From Marsupella aquatica (lineage: Eukaryota > Plantae > Marchantiophyta): 64,000 bases of DNA. Position numbers and translations under genes: made by a program. Below, one piece after another: positions 14,180-25,916 of this stretch. Position 1 is the first letter of the stretch, and the number at the start of each line of letters is the position of its first letter. The notes beneath the pieces were generated by a model. That model saw nothing but the letters and a program-made list of their open reading frames with translations. It made no database searches and had not been told where the DNA came from. The stretch spans positions 4,779,925-4,843,924 of the forward strand of contig OZ316896.1 of assembly GCA_973895155.1 (NCBI GenBank), given 5' to 3'.

Positions 14180-14995
14180 TGTACAAGGAGAAAAAAGGAA
14201 AAAAGAAAAGGAAACTTTTGTGGTTGCCGTAGCCAGTATTTTGCACAATGATATCTTTCACTCAACAAATGATATTTTTTGCACCACAATCTATTTCTCA
14301 ACAACATCTTTAACCAAACAACATCTTTTATGCAATGCACGGGGATTGAAAGGATACCGACAAAATGGACATCTTTGCTAAACCCTAAAACCCTAAACCT
14401 GAAACCGAGAATATAACGTTGCACAAATGTATAGAGTGGTCGCCATTCAAATGCAATGTCATTTTGGGTAAAAAACAAAACAAAGAAAAAGACTCGCTCC
14501 TTTTCTCCTTGACTTTTTACTTCCTAACATCTTTCACATAACGACAACTTGGATGAAACAACACCTTTTTTCTTATAACATCCTTTACTTCACGATATCT
14601 TTGGCAAAATGACACCTTTTTTTATCAACATCTTTCACATAATGGCATCTTTGGCAAAATGACTTCTTTTTTCTTAACGACATCTTTTTATTTTAGGACA
14701 TCTTTCACATAACAACATCTTGGGCGACACGATATCTTTTTTCTTGACGACATCTTGGCCGACATGACATCTTTTTTCTCAACGACCTCTTGGCCAACAT
14801 TACATCTTTTTTTCTCAATGACTTCTTTTCTCTCAACGACCTCTTGGCCAACACGACATCTTTTCTCTCCAGGACCTCTTGGACGACACGACATCTTTTC
14901 TCTCAATGACCTCTTGGCCGACACGACATCTTTTTTTCTCAATGACATCTTGGCTGACACGACTTCTTTTGTGCAACGCACGGGTATTGAGCTAG
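14180..14995 (+). mobile_element. Non-autonomous Helitron-like element, 3' part (5' boundary uncertain), with GACATCTT-rich degenerate repeats
   Basis: Ends tttGTGCAACGCACGGGtattgagCTAG|T, i.e. a subterminal hairpin (GTGC-AAC-GCAC, left CCC arm apparently decayed to TTT), then CTAG and a flanking T, as at plant Helitron 3' termini. Confidence 0.6.
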
Positions 14996-17535
14996 TATAG
15001 CATATAACAGCCTCGAAATGTATCTGTGGGTTTCCCAGAATATCAAGTCTGGATAGACCAAGTGATTTCCTGAGAAACCCTAATGGATTTTCTTGCACAT
15101 CTATTTTATGACTAATAATGTGGCTGTGGGTTTCCCAGATTATTATGCCTGGATGGACCTAGGATTTTCAGAACCTAAAAAAACTAACACTCTTTATAGT
15201 TTTGACTAAAATGTGACTTGTACACGCGTTCCTAATTATTATTATTATTTTTTAAAGGGGCAATCTGTGAAACCCCAAAGAAAGGGAAAAGTCAATCACA
15301 ATAGTTGAACTCAAGACCTATTAGTGACTACTTAAGTGAGCTACCACAAAGTCATGCCTGTCTGGGCCGCGTTCCTAATTATTGTTTGTAGTTGATTCCT
15401 GATCTTTTAGTAAGGGGGTGGTAGGTCACTCCTCATGCACAAACTACTCACTCAAGGAGTCATTCATAAAAGTGAAAAGTCATAATGATTCCCCAAAGTG
15501 GTAGGTTGCAGTCCATGCCCACTCAGGATATTGTTCACAAAAGTTGAAACATCCATTTTTAGTGGGTTTATTTAATTTGACCAGTTTTGCCCTCTTTAAC
15601 AATGGAGCAAATGATGTTGGAAAAATCTCAAACTTTGTCAGGTTACAGATTGAACATCAGATGACATGTAACAAAAATTTGGGCTTGAGTATAGATCCAA
15701 AAGCTGTCCATGCAAGTAAACTTGACACAAGTCTACCAAAATTTAGATGCACAAGTCTTCCAAAACTCAACATTCTATAGTTGGTTTGGGGATCTAAAAA
15801 ACTTTAATCAGGGTACCCTTCTCAGAAATGAAACGCCAGTCCATGGTAATGGGCAAAATAAACTCTGGGTCCATCCGGGATTAACTTTGGGATTTACATG
15901 TTAAAAAGAATGATAGACAAAGCCAATGAGGCATTTTGGATCAACAATGAACTCATGATACACTTCTCCTGGTTCTTTGTTAATAAAAAACATAGGAAAG
16001 CCAACGAGGCTTCTTGGATCAACAATTATGAGTCTGTATGCTACTTAGGATAAACAAGAATTATGTACAGCACAAAACCCACTAGGAGCTCCGGACTTTA
16101 TGGGAACAAGCTCCAAAGGTTTACTGAACTTCCACTGTGGCATATTAATAAGCATGCCAAAGATTTGGAAACCTAGAAGCCTGAGCAAAGGTGTTTCTCG
16201 AATGGGAAAATGAGCGGATATTGGTGATTGGAGTTCAGATGAGGATTTGGAAGGAGATTTGACTGGCTCTGCATCAATATGGCATGGTTGTAGGGGATGA
16301 CGGATACATATGAGGATTTCTGGCAAAGGCGAACAAGAGTTGAGTTGGGCATATGGCGAGGGATTTTGGTCAAGATGGTGGGATCCACTGGTTGATAATG
16401 CGGCCATGGTTGACTGCAGTCCATTATGGACGTTTGATCTGCCTTGAAGTAGTTGGTGCTGGTCATCTCTTCGGTTCAGCTAGGTTTTGTGTTGTTTTAG
16501 TTTAAATAAGAGTAGTGGCGCAAAGATGGTTCCTTGAATGTATGACAATAGTGGTTATCAAGAGCAATGTTATAGCATTACCAAATTTTAGGATTTGCAT
16601 TAGTTAGCTAAGCTATCCCTGGCCACCAAAAATTATTCTTAAATGATAAGGCTGTGAAAGAAAGTGTTATCAAGGCTTCCAATAAATTTGTAGTTGTCTC
16701 TGTCATTAATATTGTGCCAAGCTAGGATGTGGCTACAGTCTAAGGATGGATGACAAACTCCAGTGAGAATTGTTACTGCAATTTTAAGTTGTAACCCAAT
16801 ACAGAGCACTTTGTCTACTTATAAACATTACCAAGTTAGAACATAACTCTACAGCTTGAGATTCAATTAGGTCCTCATACGATGTGACCAACACCAAATC
16901 AATTATAGGAAGTCACCAACTTCCCATTCACAGCACTTTGAGGCACTTGATATGAAAACTACACACGTAGCAAGATGCCCTGAAAGGGCAAGATACACAA
17001 GTCAGAGAAAAATAATTTCCAGATGCTCTTTACACCCTGACAGTGACTACGAGTTACAAAGAGAGTGACTGACGCTTTACATCAAAACCCATCTCAAAGG
17101 GACTTTTCCATTAAGACCGCTCAATCATATACTTGCTCTTAAAACAGACTGAGTCTTTATTGACTGTACAGTAGTGGTTTAGACCTTTCCTGGAACGGGC
17201 TGGTAGAATAAATGTACCAGTCAGAAGAGATAATTATTTTTCCGCTTACACTAGGAGTAGGGCTGAAAGACATGCTACTCCGCAAACCCATAATACCTCC
17301 AAAATTGGGTAAACTGGATATCCACATAAATAAAATGTGAAACCTAAGACGCTCTATATACACGTAAGCTCAAGATGGGCTAAATGATGCCTAATGGGAT
17401 CGATCACAGATGACTATTTACAATCCCCACAACGGATGCTACATCTTAGAACTGGGAACACCAGGTTTAATGTGTTTTCGGTGCTGGTGTGATCCTGTCT
17501 GCCTGCATTTGCTTGCAGCAGTCTCTTCCTCGAAG

Positions 17536-17901
17536 TTAGTCCGTCTTGGGTTTGGGAAGCAAGACGGCGTGGATGCTAGGTACCACACCACCCTCAGCAA
17601 TGGTCACACCAGCAAGCAGTTCTGCCAACTCCTTATCGTTGCTGATAGCCAATTGAATGTGTCTTGGCGTGATCCTGGCCTTTTTGCTGTCGCGGCAAGC
17701 ATGTCCTGCCAGCTCGAGGACCTCTGCAGTGAGGTACTCCAAAACGGCAGCAAGATACACAGAGGCACCAGCACTGACTCGTTCGGAATATTTCCCCTTC
17801 TTCAAATTTCCGGCTATCCTTGCCACAGGGAACAGCAAACCTGCCTTGTGCGACTTGGAGATCGCTTTCTTCTTCGCCTTGCCATGACCTCTTCCTGCCA
17901 T
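17536..17901 (-). CDS. H2A: Divergent histone H2A variant, copy 1 (121 aa, intronless CDS, short C-tail ending LLPKPKTD)
   Basis: Histone-fold motifs [38 protein letters not shown] and [10 protein letters not shown]; ORF intact from ATG (17901) to TAA. Confidence 0.93.
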   Translation of the reverse strand: MAGRGHGKAKKKAISKSHKAGLLFPVARIAGNLKKGKYSERVSAGASVYLAAVLEYLTAEVLELAGHACRDSKKARITPRHIQLAISNDKELAELLAGVTIAEGGVVPSIHAVLLPKPKTD

Positions 17902-18097
17902 TGTGAAGAACACGACTAGAAAGGTACCTGGGGCCGTCCCGGGCGTCGTAAGGTTCTTACAAACAGAATGCTTCGAAGAAATGTGGGTCGAAGAATCGAC
18001 ACTCAGGATGAATGCGAGCAAGAGTGACGTACTTGTGGACCCTGAATAATTGCAGCGAAAGAATTGAAGCTAATGAAAGAAACCCTGCCATTTCAGC

Positions 18098-18163
18098 CCT
18101 TAAATACAGGTAACGGATGCCTTTGCGTCATTTGTCAGTCAAGAATAACGTTATCTGCAGCTC
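18098..18163 (-). promoter_or_regulatory. Shared histone-variant upstream module with TATA-like box (H2A copy 1); partial second copy at 18308-18340
   Basis: Plus strand ccttaaat...tttgcgtcatttgtcagtcaagaataacgttatctgcagctc matches the H4 upstream sequence (31771-31836) at 36/42 ungapped with equal spacing. Confidence 0.7.
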
Positions 18164-19739
18164 CTGTTCTAATAATACACGGACGACTGACAATTATCTT
18201 TCAACTGCCAGTTTTCTTCAATTTAGACATGATACTGATTTGAAACCTGCACTGCCTCTGAAAAAAATTGTCACACACATACAAGAAATGTGCTAACTAG
18301 TTTGAAGTTTGTCAGTCAAGAATAAGATTATCTGCAGCTCCTGTTCTAATATACACGGACGAATGACAGTTATCTGTCAACTGCAATTTTTTCCAACTAA
18401 GACACAGGTTATTTGAAATTTACGCTACCTGCATTGCCTCTGAAATAAGACAAATACAATATATGTGTTAACTACAGTAGTTTGAAGTCACAAGTCGCGC
18501 ATGTGTATAGATGTTAACTATTCACCCATTTATGAGAAAGTTTACTTCTGTGATCAATATCAATCGAAATGGATATTTTGTGCTCCATTCTGTTTGTCTG
18601 CCTCATCGGTGAGTAAGAAAATTCTGTGGCATTTGGACTTCATCCAATTTCGGGCTATAACACTGGTTGACGTGGCTATTTTATCCATTTCCGAGGGTCA
18701 AGCCTAGGCTTCAGCTGAAGTGACTGAGCGAACACATTTCATGAACAACGTCATCTAGCTCGCTCGTCATCTCACAGCTGTAGATTGATTTCAGCCAGTC
18801 ACCCTAGGGTGAATGCATCGTCGAAAAATTCGTCATATAAAAAATCGAAGTGATCCTAAGATGAGCTCGCCAGCTACTGAGTGCTTGTGTTTGGCACCTT
18901 ACAGACTATTGGAATCAAGGCTGCAAATGAGCTTGCAAAGTTGACTCGTACATAGTACTCGTCAATGTTTGGCAAGGGATTGGAGATCGACTTGCTCTGG
19001 GCTGCCTGCAGGCTGAGCTTCCAATGATTGGTCCCTTGCTTTTGTTTGAAACCGAGTGGACTTGGTCGGATAATCGGGTGCACGCATCGTCGAAAAGGTA
19101 AGACTGATTTGCAACAGAATGTGATTCATTTGTAAAACACACAGCTCCTCAAACAACAGGACGCCCTTGTCGCCCATTAAATTTTACTTCCGTAAAGTCT
19201 CCTTCCCAATCCATGGGCGAAGGACCAAAACTGAAATGAATCTCGATGTAGATCGCCCAGCAAACCGCGTCAAGGGTAGGGAAGGGGGGGAGGGGGTGAG
19301 GTGGCCTGGGCCAGCGTGATTTTCAAAGTTTTTTTCGTTCGAAGGGTGACGAATGAGTCACGAAGATGCTAGATTCTAGTTAATGGGGTATGCCCGGGGT
19401 ATGTGACTAAATTGTTTATGGAAAACAAAAACCATAGCCAAGTTTAGCCTAACAGTGTTCAATACTTTTAGAAGAAGTGGAATCTAGGACATTTTTGCCA
19501 CAAAAGAAACGAGTGTGGGCTTCCTCGTGTGCTGCCACCTAGTTTGAGCCCTTGCCTGCTGCTTGTCAGGGAAACCCAGAGCTAGGAGTAGTGATGAATC
19601 TTGAGGAATGTCATGGTTGTGACTCTTAAAATGAGGCTAATGGTGTCCAGGCTGTAGTTACTTGCATTCAGGATTGCTTCATTTTGATGGCACTTTTTGG
19701 CATTGACGTTTCGCTGCAGCTGGTTGTTACTCTACAAAA

Positions 19740-20805
19740 ATGGGTAGCATTGACATAACTGGTGTGAAGAAAGAGGAGGTGATTCCTCTATTGACACCAT
19801 TCAAGGTTGGAACTTTCGAGCTCTCTCACAGGTTCGTCGACCCTTTCTTTCTCTGGGAAGATCGATTGTTAGCTGAGCTCGGTCCAATTTTCTCGCTCCG
19901 ACCAATGGGTCAATTGTCTGCCAGACCATCCATAACCTCGTCCATGATAACATTCAAGCATCTACCAGTGAGTGAATTTTAAATTATAAATTGGGGTGGG
20001 AGTGAATTTTATCCTCTTATTAAGCAATGTCAATTTTTAGTCTCTGCTTCTGGCCGACATCAAGTGACTTAGAATGCCAAACGTCCTTGTGTAATCTATC
20101 ATCTCTAATGATCCATTCATCGCTATAATTTTCATCTTTGTTCATTCATCTCTCCATCTTCATTTGATGTCTCGAGCAACGGGTTTCTAAATTCTATTAC
20201 TTTCAGCCTCAATACATTTCAACCTCGTTGAATCCATCTTCAAATTGTCAATGTCGCGATCTCTGCTTAGAAGTTCAAATTCCCTGCTATGAAAGGTTTT
20301 TCAAGTGGGTCGGGTCAGTGGAAGGAAAATTGGAACACTACGTTTGATGAATATTTAGATGGGGACTATCTATTCAACTTTACAAAGAATAATCCATCCA
20401 GGGGATCTAGTTTCGTTTTCGAAAGTACTCCGATTAATATTCTGCTTTCTGCAGAACAGGTAGATCGAAGCAAACAGACTTCAAAGGTCCGCAGGATATT
20501 TCTCACACAGTTCCATCTGCTGCTAACGCTCATTCAACTCTGTCACGTCCGATAACGTTAGGTGCAATGGAAATTTGACTCGGATCACAGTTCGGAGAAG
20601 TCGTCGGAAACTATGTAAAGTTGCCGGGTTTGACATTTCAAAATCGAGGGGTACGAAAGAAACTTAACACCGAACTGACTGCGAGGCCACTGGTAGTACT
20701 AGACACTCAACAAATCCCCTGTGCTTGAATTGCAGAGTTGTGCTTGCACCGTTGACCAGATGTCGATCACCAGGAAACGTCATTGGGAGAGCTGCAATCG
20801 ATTAC
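19740..20805 (+). pseudogene. OPR: Truncated duplicate of the OPR gene (exon 1 at 19740-19831, partial exon 2 at 20736-20805)
   Basis: Matches the first 1.5 exons of the gene at 39485. Similarity stops after ...RAAIDY, and ~630 bp of upstream sequence present in the full copy (38679-39308) is missing. Confidence 0.9.
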
Positions 20806-20838
20806 GGGTTTAGGGTCCACATAAGAAGGCGATCTATG

Positions 20839-23800
20839 GATGGACACACATTGCTTATTGTTGTTTCAATGCCTTTTGATAGGGTTGGCGGCATAAGAAC
20901 CATGCAAGGAGAATCAGGAGGGTTGTTTAGTGACCCCATTAGAGGACCCTTCCAGAATTCCTGTAAATCAAAATTACAATTTTGATTTGTGTTTGCGTCA
21001 ATTTGAGTGTAAATTTTGGGACGCCATACCGTAAAAAGAAATATAAATATTTAGAAATACAAAGAGCAAGACGAGTAAAACTGTCACTATGTAACCATTT
21101 TAGCTACGTCTCCAGTTTTCAAAATTAAATTCAAAAGTTTGAAAAGTATTTTTCATATAATAAACAATGACTAATTATAACTAACTTGATAAGTACGCTG
21201 TTAAAGGGTAACTAGCACACAGAGAAAGATTTTTAGCCTTTTGCAATTCAGGCACGTGACCAAAGGGGTTTGGTCACAAAAGCTGAACTACTCTTTATAA
21301 TTTGTGACTGATTAGTTATTGTCACCAATACATGAATGTTTCATTAGTATAGTGATCACTCTCGTGAGGGGGAGGTCTCAGGTTCAAAACTTGGGTCCTG
21401 AAATGCTTTGACCCAAATTTGACTCACAATAGTACAAAAACATGATAAGTTGGGGTTGCATTTAAATTTGAGAAAAATTAATAAATAAAAGGAAAAGATA
21501 ATTCATTATAATATGATACCTCAAAATAATATAAGTTTGAAATAGAATTCATACATGGAATTTTTATTTGATAAGAGAAAAAAATGTATCAAAACCTAAA
21601 TGTATCTAAAAGACTAACCTAAATTAACCCTAAATCGTCCACCACCTAATCTGAAATAAATCATAAAGAATTTAATCTTTTTCTACTCTCATCGTCAACC
21701 TTTTGTTGATGTATATACAAACCAGCATCTGAAGGATGAACACGCTCGTCGGTAAAATATTTCTCAAGCAACAAGCATTGTATGCATCGATCAGCATCTG
21801 AAGGATGAACACGCTCGTAGGCAAAATATTTCTCAAGCAACAAGCATTGTATGCATCGAGAACACTTCATCGATGACAACACAAAGCCAAAGTATATCTC
21901 CAACAAAAAAGAGTTGCATCCAAATGTCGGGCCAAATGTACTAGATTAAGTGACTATAGGCAGGTCTGTAGCAAATGACTAGGTCATTGCTACCACCGGC
22001 TAGAGCAAACTCGCACTAGTCCAAGAGAATACGATAGAAAACTACCTATGAACGACCCTAATGATCGAGCGCGACCCTCCACGACCACCTAGGCAAATGG
22101 TAGGTTGCAAGCAATGCTTATGGCACCGCTTGCCCCAGCAAATGCCTATGAGGTCGCTTTGGCCACAAAAAGGCAAAAGAATAAGCAATGAGAGGAGAGG
22201 AGAAGAGAATGAGGAGAATGAACTGAGAAACTCTCCCTTTTATGCTAATCATCTCTAAGTTCCTAATTAATGTCATACCTAATTTTATTAGCGACTAATT
22301 AATATCATACCTAACCTAATTAAAAGCACACCCACCCATTCTTCTAGAATTACTCAAATAAAAATCTATATCTATGTTGAAAAATGAGTGAGAAGTCCAC
22401 AAAAGGAATAAAAACACATTTTTTGTTTTGATGTTGACCCCCCTCTTGCAAGAAAAAGGAAAGATTTATAAAACCTGAAATCTCTCCATTCTTTGTCTTT
22501 ATTGTTCCTCCCCTTAAAAGACCCTTAAACCATCCATCGCTCCCCACTTCTAAGATAGAATAGGGGTTAGCTTGTTCGATACACTCAACTAGTGTCTGCC
22601 CCCTCTAGCAAGAAAAAAATATAAACAAAGACCATTTTGAAAATCTTTCCCTTAAATACCCTTAAACCTCTCAGCAATTAAAGAAAAAATTCTTTAAACC
22701 CTTATTATTTCTCCCCTTAAAGTAATCCTCCATCCGGGCCAAAAAATAAAAATGTCTCTTTTTGTCTTTTTGATTTTCCCATTCTTTAAAATACCCTTGA
22801 TTCTCTATCTGTTTTAATTCTCAAAGAAAATAAAATAATGAGATCAACCATAGGGCATGCTCCTTACTCATCGTTTTTTCTAAAAAAAAGAAGCCCCTTT
22901 AAAAATCTTTTCGAGCTAACTAATTTCACCCAAAAACAAAAAGGAAGCCCCTTTAAGAGTCGTACCTTTTCAAGGTGACTTTGGTCCCAAAGGGACCCAA
23001 AGGGAGATATATAACAGCATTAAGAAATTCTGATGACTAAAAGACAAAGACATTAAATGGTGAGAGAATCAAGTACACACGTACATTGAGGGGGGAGCAT
23101 TTAATGTACTTTCATTTGTGGTGAATACAATATATTCTGTGTATTCCAATTTGTCTTTATTTTGAGTACTCCATACAAACTAAAGAGTAAAGAGTGTTAG
23201 AATGAGTATATTGTGACTAAAGTATATTTATGTGCCTCTATATGTATATGGAGAAAGCATATGTGGAGAAAACGTATGTGGAGAAAAAGTATGCGCAGAA
23301 AAAAAGTTTGGAGCCATTTTGGACTCCCACCACAAAACTGAACTTCAAGTTCAGCCAAAAAAAAAATGTAAAAATTTAGAAATACAAAAAGCAAGACAAG
23401 TAAAAGTGTCAGTATGTAACCATTTTAGCTACGTCTCCAGTTTTCAAAATTAAATTGAAAAGTATTTTTCATATAATAAACAATGATTAATTATAACTAA
23501 CTTGATAAGTATGTTGTTAAAGGATAACTAGCACATGGAGAAAGATTTTTAGCCTTTTGCAATTCAGGCACACTGCCAACTATGGTCGGAACTTGAACTC
23601 AATGAATTCAATACAATTTATTTGATCAGACATTGATCTGGTTTCAAATGGACTTGCCACAAATTGACTATTGACTCTCTTGAGAATTTGGTTGCATGTA
23701 GCGAAAAGGCCTGATTTTGACAACTGCTTGTGATAAATCATGTTATCGTCTTTGGCCTGCAAAGAAAAGTATTCATGTGGCAATTGAAAAATGTCAAACT

Positions 23801-25481
23801 ACTCAGGCCATCACTGAATGGGTCCACAACGATTTTGCGTGAAAATCTATCTTACTTGTTCAACACAACATGACTACCAGCTTCCCTTCCTAATCACACT
23901 TCTCTCTTCTTAAAGCTAGCTTTGCCCTTCTCCATTTAGCAAATAGCTGAGTCAAGGTCATGAGGCTATTACCTCTAATTCAAAACTAGCCAAAGTCAGA
24001 CTTCAGTGAAATCTCCAGAATTTCCAATTATTTGAAAGTACATTGACAAATCTTCTACAAATTAACAAGGCTTAACACTAGAAAGCTTAGGGTTTGTTGT
24101 TGAGAAAAGTAGTCTTCTCAATTGATCTTGATAAAGTAATTTTCTCAACTCAAAGTACCCATGGCACTTTAGTGGTCGAATATATTGTCATTCAATGCAA
24201 ATCAACTCACTAAAAAAAATCGTGCCTTGGGCTTATTACTGTTCTAAAATTAGCTAAAATATCTCATATAATGCCTGCTAGCAGAGAATTATGTGTTTTA
24301 ATGCCTGCTAGCAGAGAATTATGTGTTTTAATGCCTGCTAGCAGAGAATTATGAACCATATTAGCCTCTCAAAACTCAAGCTAAAAGCCCTCATTTTACT
24401 CGTCATTATGAAGACTGTTGCAAAATCACATTTGGAAAAGGTATTTTATCCTATATTTTCACTAAATCTTGTAAACTATCTCAGCATAATAAAGTGTGTT
24501 ACCAGATCATTTTTGACACATAATAGACTCACACAACTTGAGCTAAAGCTAATATCACATACATTACTTTTACTCAAACAAGGCCTCAAAAATGTAGCTA
24601 GGGGGTCCACAAACTAATTTTGTGTAGTAGCCCTTTACAAAAGCCGGGTTGAATAAGGACCAGGCATCATTGGATAAATTTTTATGTTTGTGTTTATCAC
24701 ATATGCTATGGACCAACCCTCACATCCTAACACTATGCCTTACCACATATGTCATTCAGTCAGACAATTTGTCCTAACATTAGAACATTTCATACAAGTA
24801 TTAACTATGACATCTGGTGTCTTCCCCTGAATGCACTCCTTGGCCTTGTGTTTGAAGATGGAATTTTTTGGAAGTCCTGAAAAATAGACATTTGAACTCA
24901 AACACAATGTCTATTGAACGGAATTCCCGGGTGTTGTGTTCGAGTTGGATGCTGTGTTTACATTTTGACTCTACCTTTTTTTACATTGAGTACAAAAGGT
25001 ACAAGATTATGAATCCTTTGACAATGCCAATATTGGAACACAATTCTCATTTTTGAACACAATGCCGTGAACAAAAAATGAAAACAGATACTATAAGAAG
25101 GCCTCATGCGCACTATCTGAATAGAGTGGCCAAGGGCCCACTATTTAAATACATGGCATTGTGTTGGGGGACTATCTGAATAGAGTGGCCCGGGGCCCAC
25201 TATTTGAATGGCGCCATGCTGGGGGAAGACAGGAGCCTCTATTTGTGTTCTGAGGCAAGTCTAGGGAACAGAAAAGAAAATAGTAAAAAAAAAAGAGTTT
25301 TCAATTGGTGTTGTTGGGATTTTCTAGGTTCCACTTTTTTTTGGCATAATACATACCATGCCATTAATTTTTATATTTTTTATCACCAAGCCACTCTTTT
25401 GTTTATGCGTTAATGAAACTAACCAGGTTAGTTCATTCACATCCAATGACTCTCATCACCCCCAATTTCACTATTAGATGA
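20839..25481 (+). repeat. Repeat R, copy 2, split into 20839-20926 and 24618-25481 by a 3.7-kb insertion
   Basis: The two pieces join to reproduce 11987-12909 (...tcaggagggttgt|ttttgtgtagtagccc...). Confidence 0.88.
20927..24617. mobile_element. ~3.7-kb AT-rich insertion of unknown class in repeat R
   Basis: Absent from R copy 1. Ends TTAGTGACCCC...GGGGGTCCACAAACTAA are imperfectly inverted. Internal repeats: ~210-bp direct repeat (~21045-21255 / ~23373-23570), ~69-bp tandem (21724-21858) and 3x30-bp tandem (24270-24353). No recognisable transposase ORF. Confidence 0.6.
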
Positions 25482-25916
25482 CCTGGCTCCCATCACCCCC
25501 AATTTCACTATTAGATGACCTGGTTCCCATCACACCCAATTTCACCCCTGCTGGTAATCACACATCAAAATGTGGTTGCATTCATTGATTGAAAGAAAAA
25601 AACTAGGGTTATCACGGTATGCAAGGGTGTACTAGATCATATATGTCATATTTTGATTTGCACTTACCTAGACCCCAATTTCACTATCAGATGGCCTGGC
25701 TGTATGGCTGGGGCAAAGGCTACGCTCAAGTACAGGTGTATCCTTCCACGAGACCCTATACCTGTGTGCGAAGGGACAAGAGCCTTTCAATAAACAGAGC
25801 TTGGTACAGGCGAGCGAAGGGCAAGGCGAGAGAGAGAGAGAGTGTTTCACGAGAAACCTTTTGCTTTCGTTCGATCAAGGAAGGACGACGAAGGCGCACA
25901 TAGTGTTCGGTAAACA

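Larger units (their letters stand above)
13971..20805 (+). repeat. Segmental duplication, copy A (Helitron-like end, H2A variant, truncated OPR)
   Basis: Colinear and highly similar to 32645-40542, from aagggctccagtcgcgcatg to gcaatcgattac, with several indels. Confidence 0.95.

Noticed and set aside
14380-14406. Telomere-like aaaccctaaaaccctaaacc tract (also ~33101)
   Set aside because: Only 2-3 degenerate units inside a repeat; not an interstitial telomere array.
14688-15098. K/E/V-rich repetitive ORFs (also 34081-34275 and 61075-61308)
   Set aside because: Translation of GACATCTT low-complexity repeats; frames are not conserved between copies.
16045-16466. ORFs that recur at 35138-35559 (also 15544-15780, 17157-17363 and 18874-19177)
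   Set aside because: The recurrence only reflects the recent segmental duplication. Starts and stops differ and no domain is recognisable.
17410-17919. 169-aa plus-strand ORF (and 36521-37015) overlapping H2A
   Set aside because: Antisense shadow of the histone CDS, with no independent protein features.
17902-18021. N-terminal extensions of H2A (161 aa) and H4 (163 aa, 31529-31708) in the ORF track
   Set aside because: They start at non-ATG codons. The H2A extension is broken in copy 2, the H4 one is interrupted in its paralog, and both overlap predicted 5'-UTR introns.
13971-20805. Helitron read-through capture as the mechanism for the H2A/OPR duplication
   Set aside because: There is no new hairpin-CTRR terminus at 20805 and no clear 5' TC end at 13971, so it is unsupported.
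24270-24353. Three 30-bp repeats (and other short arrays) resembling CRISPR
   Set aside because: Head-to-tail repeats without unique spacers, no cas genes, eukaryotic context.
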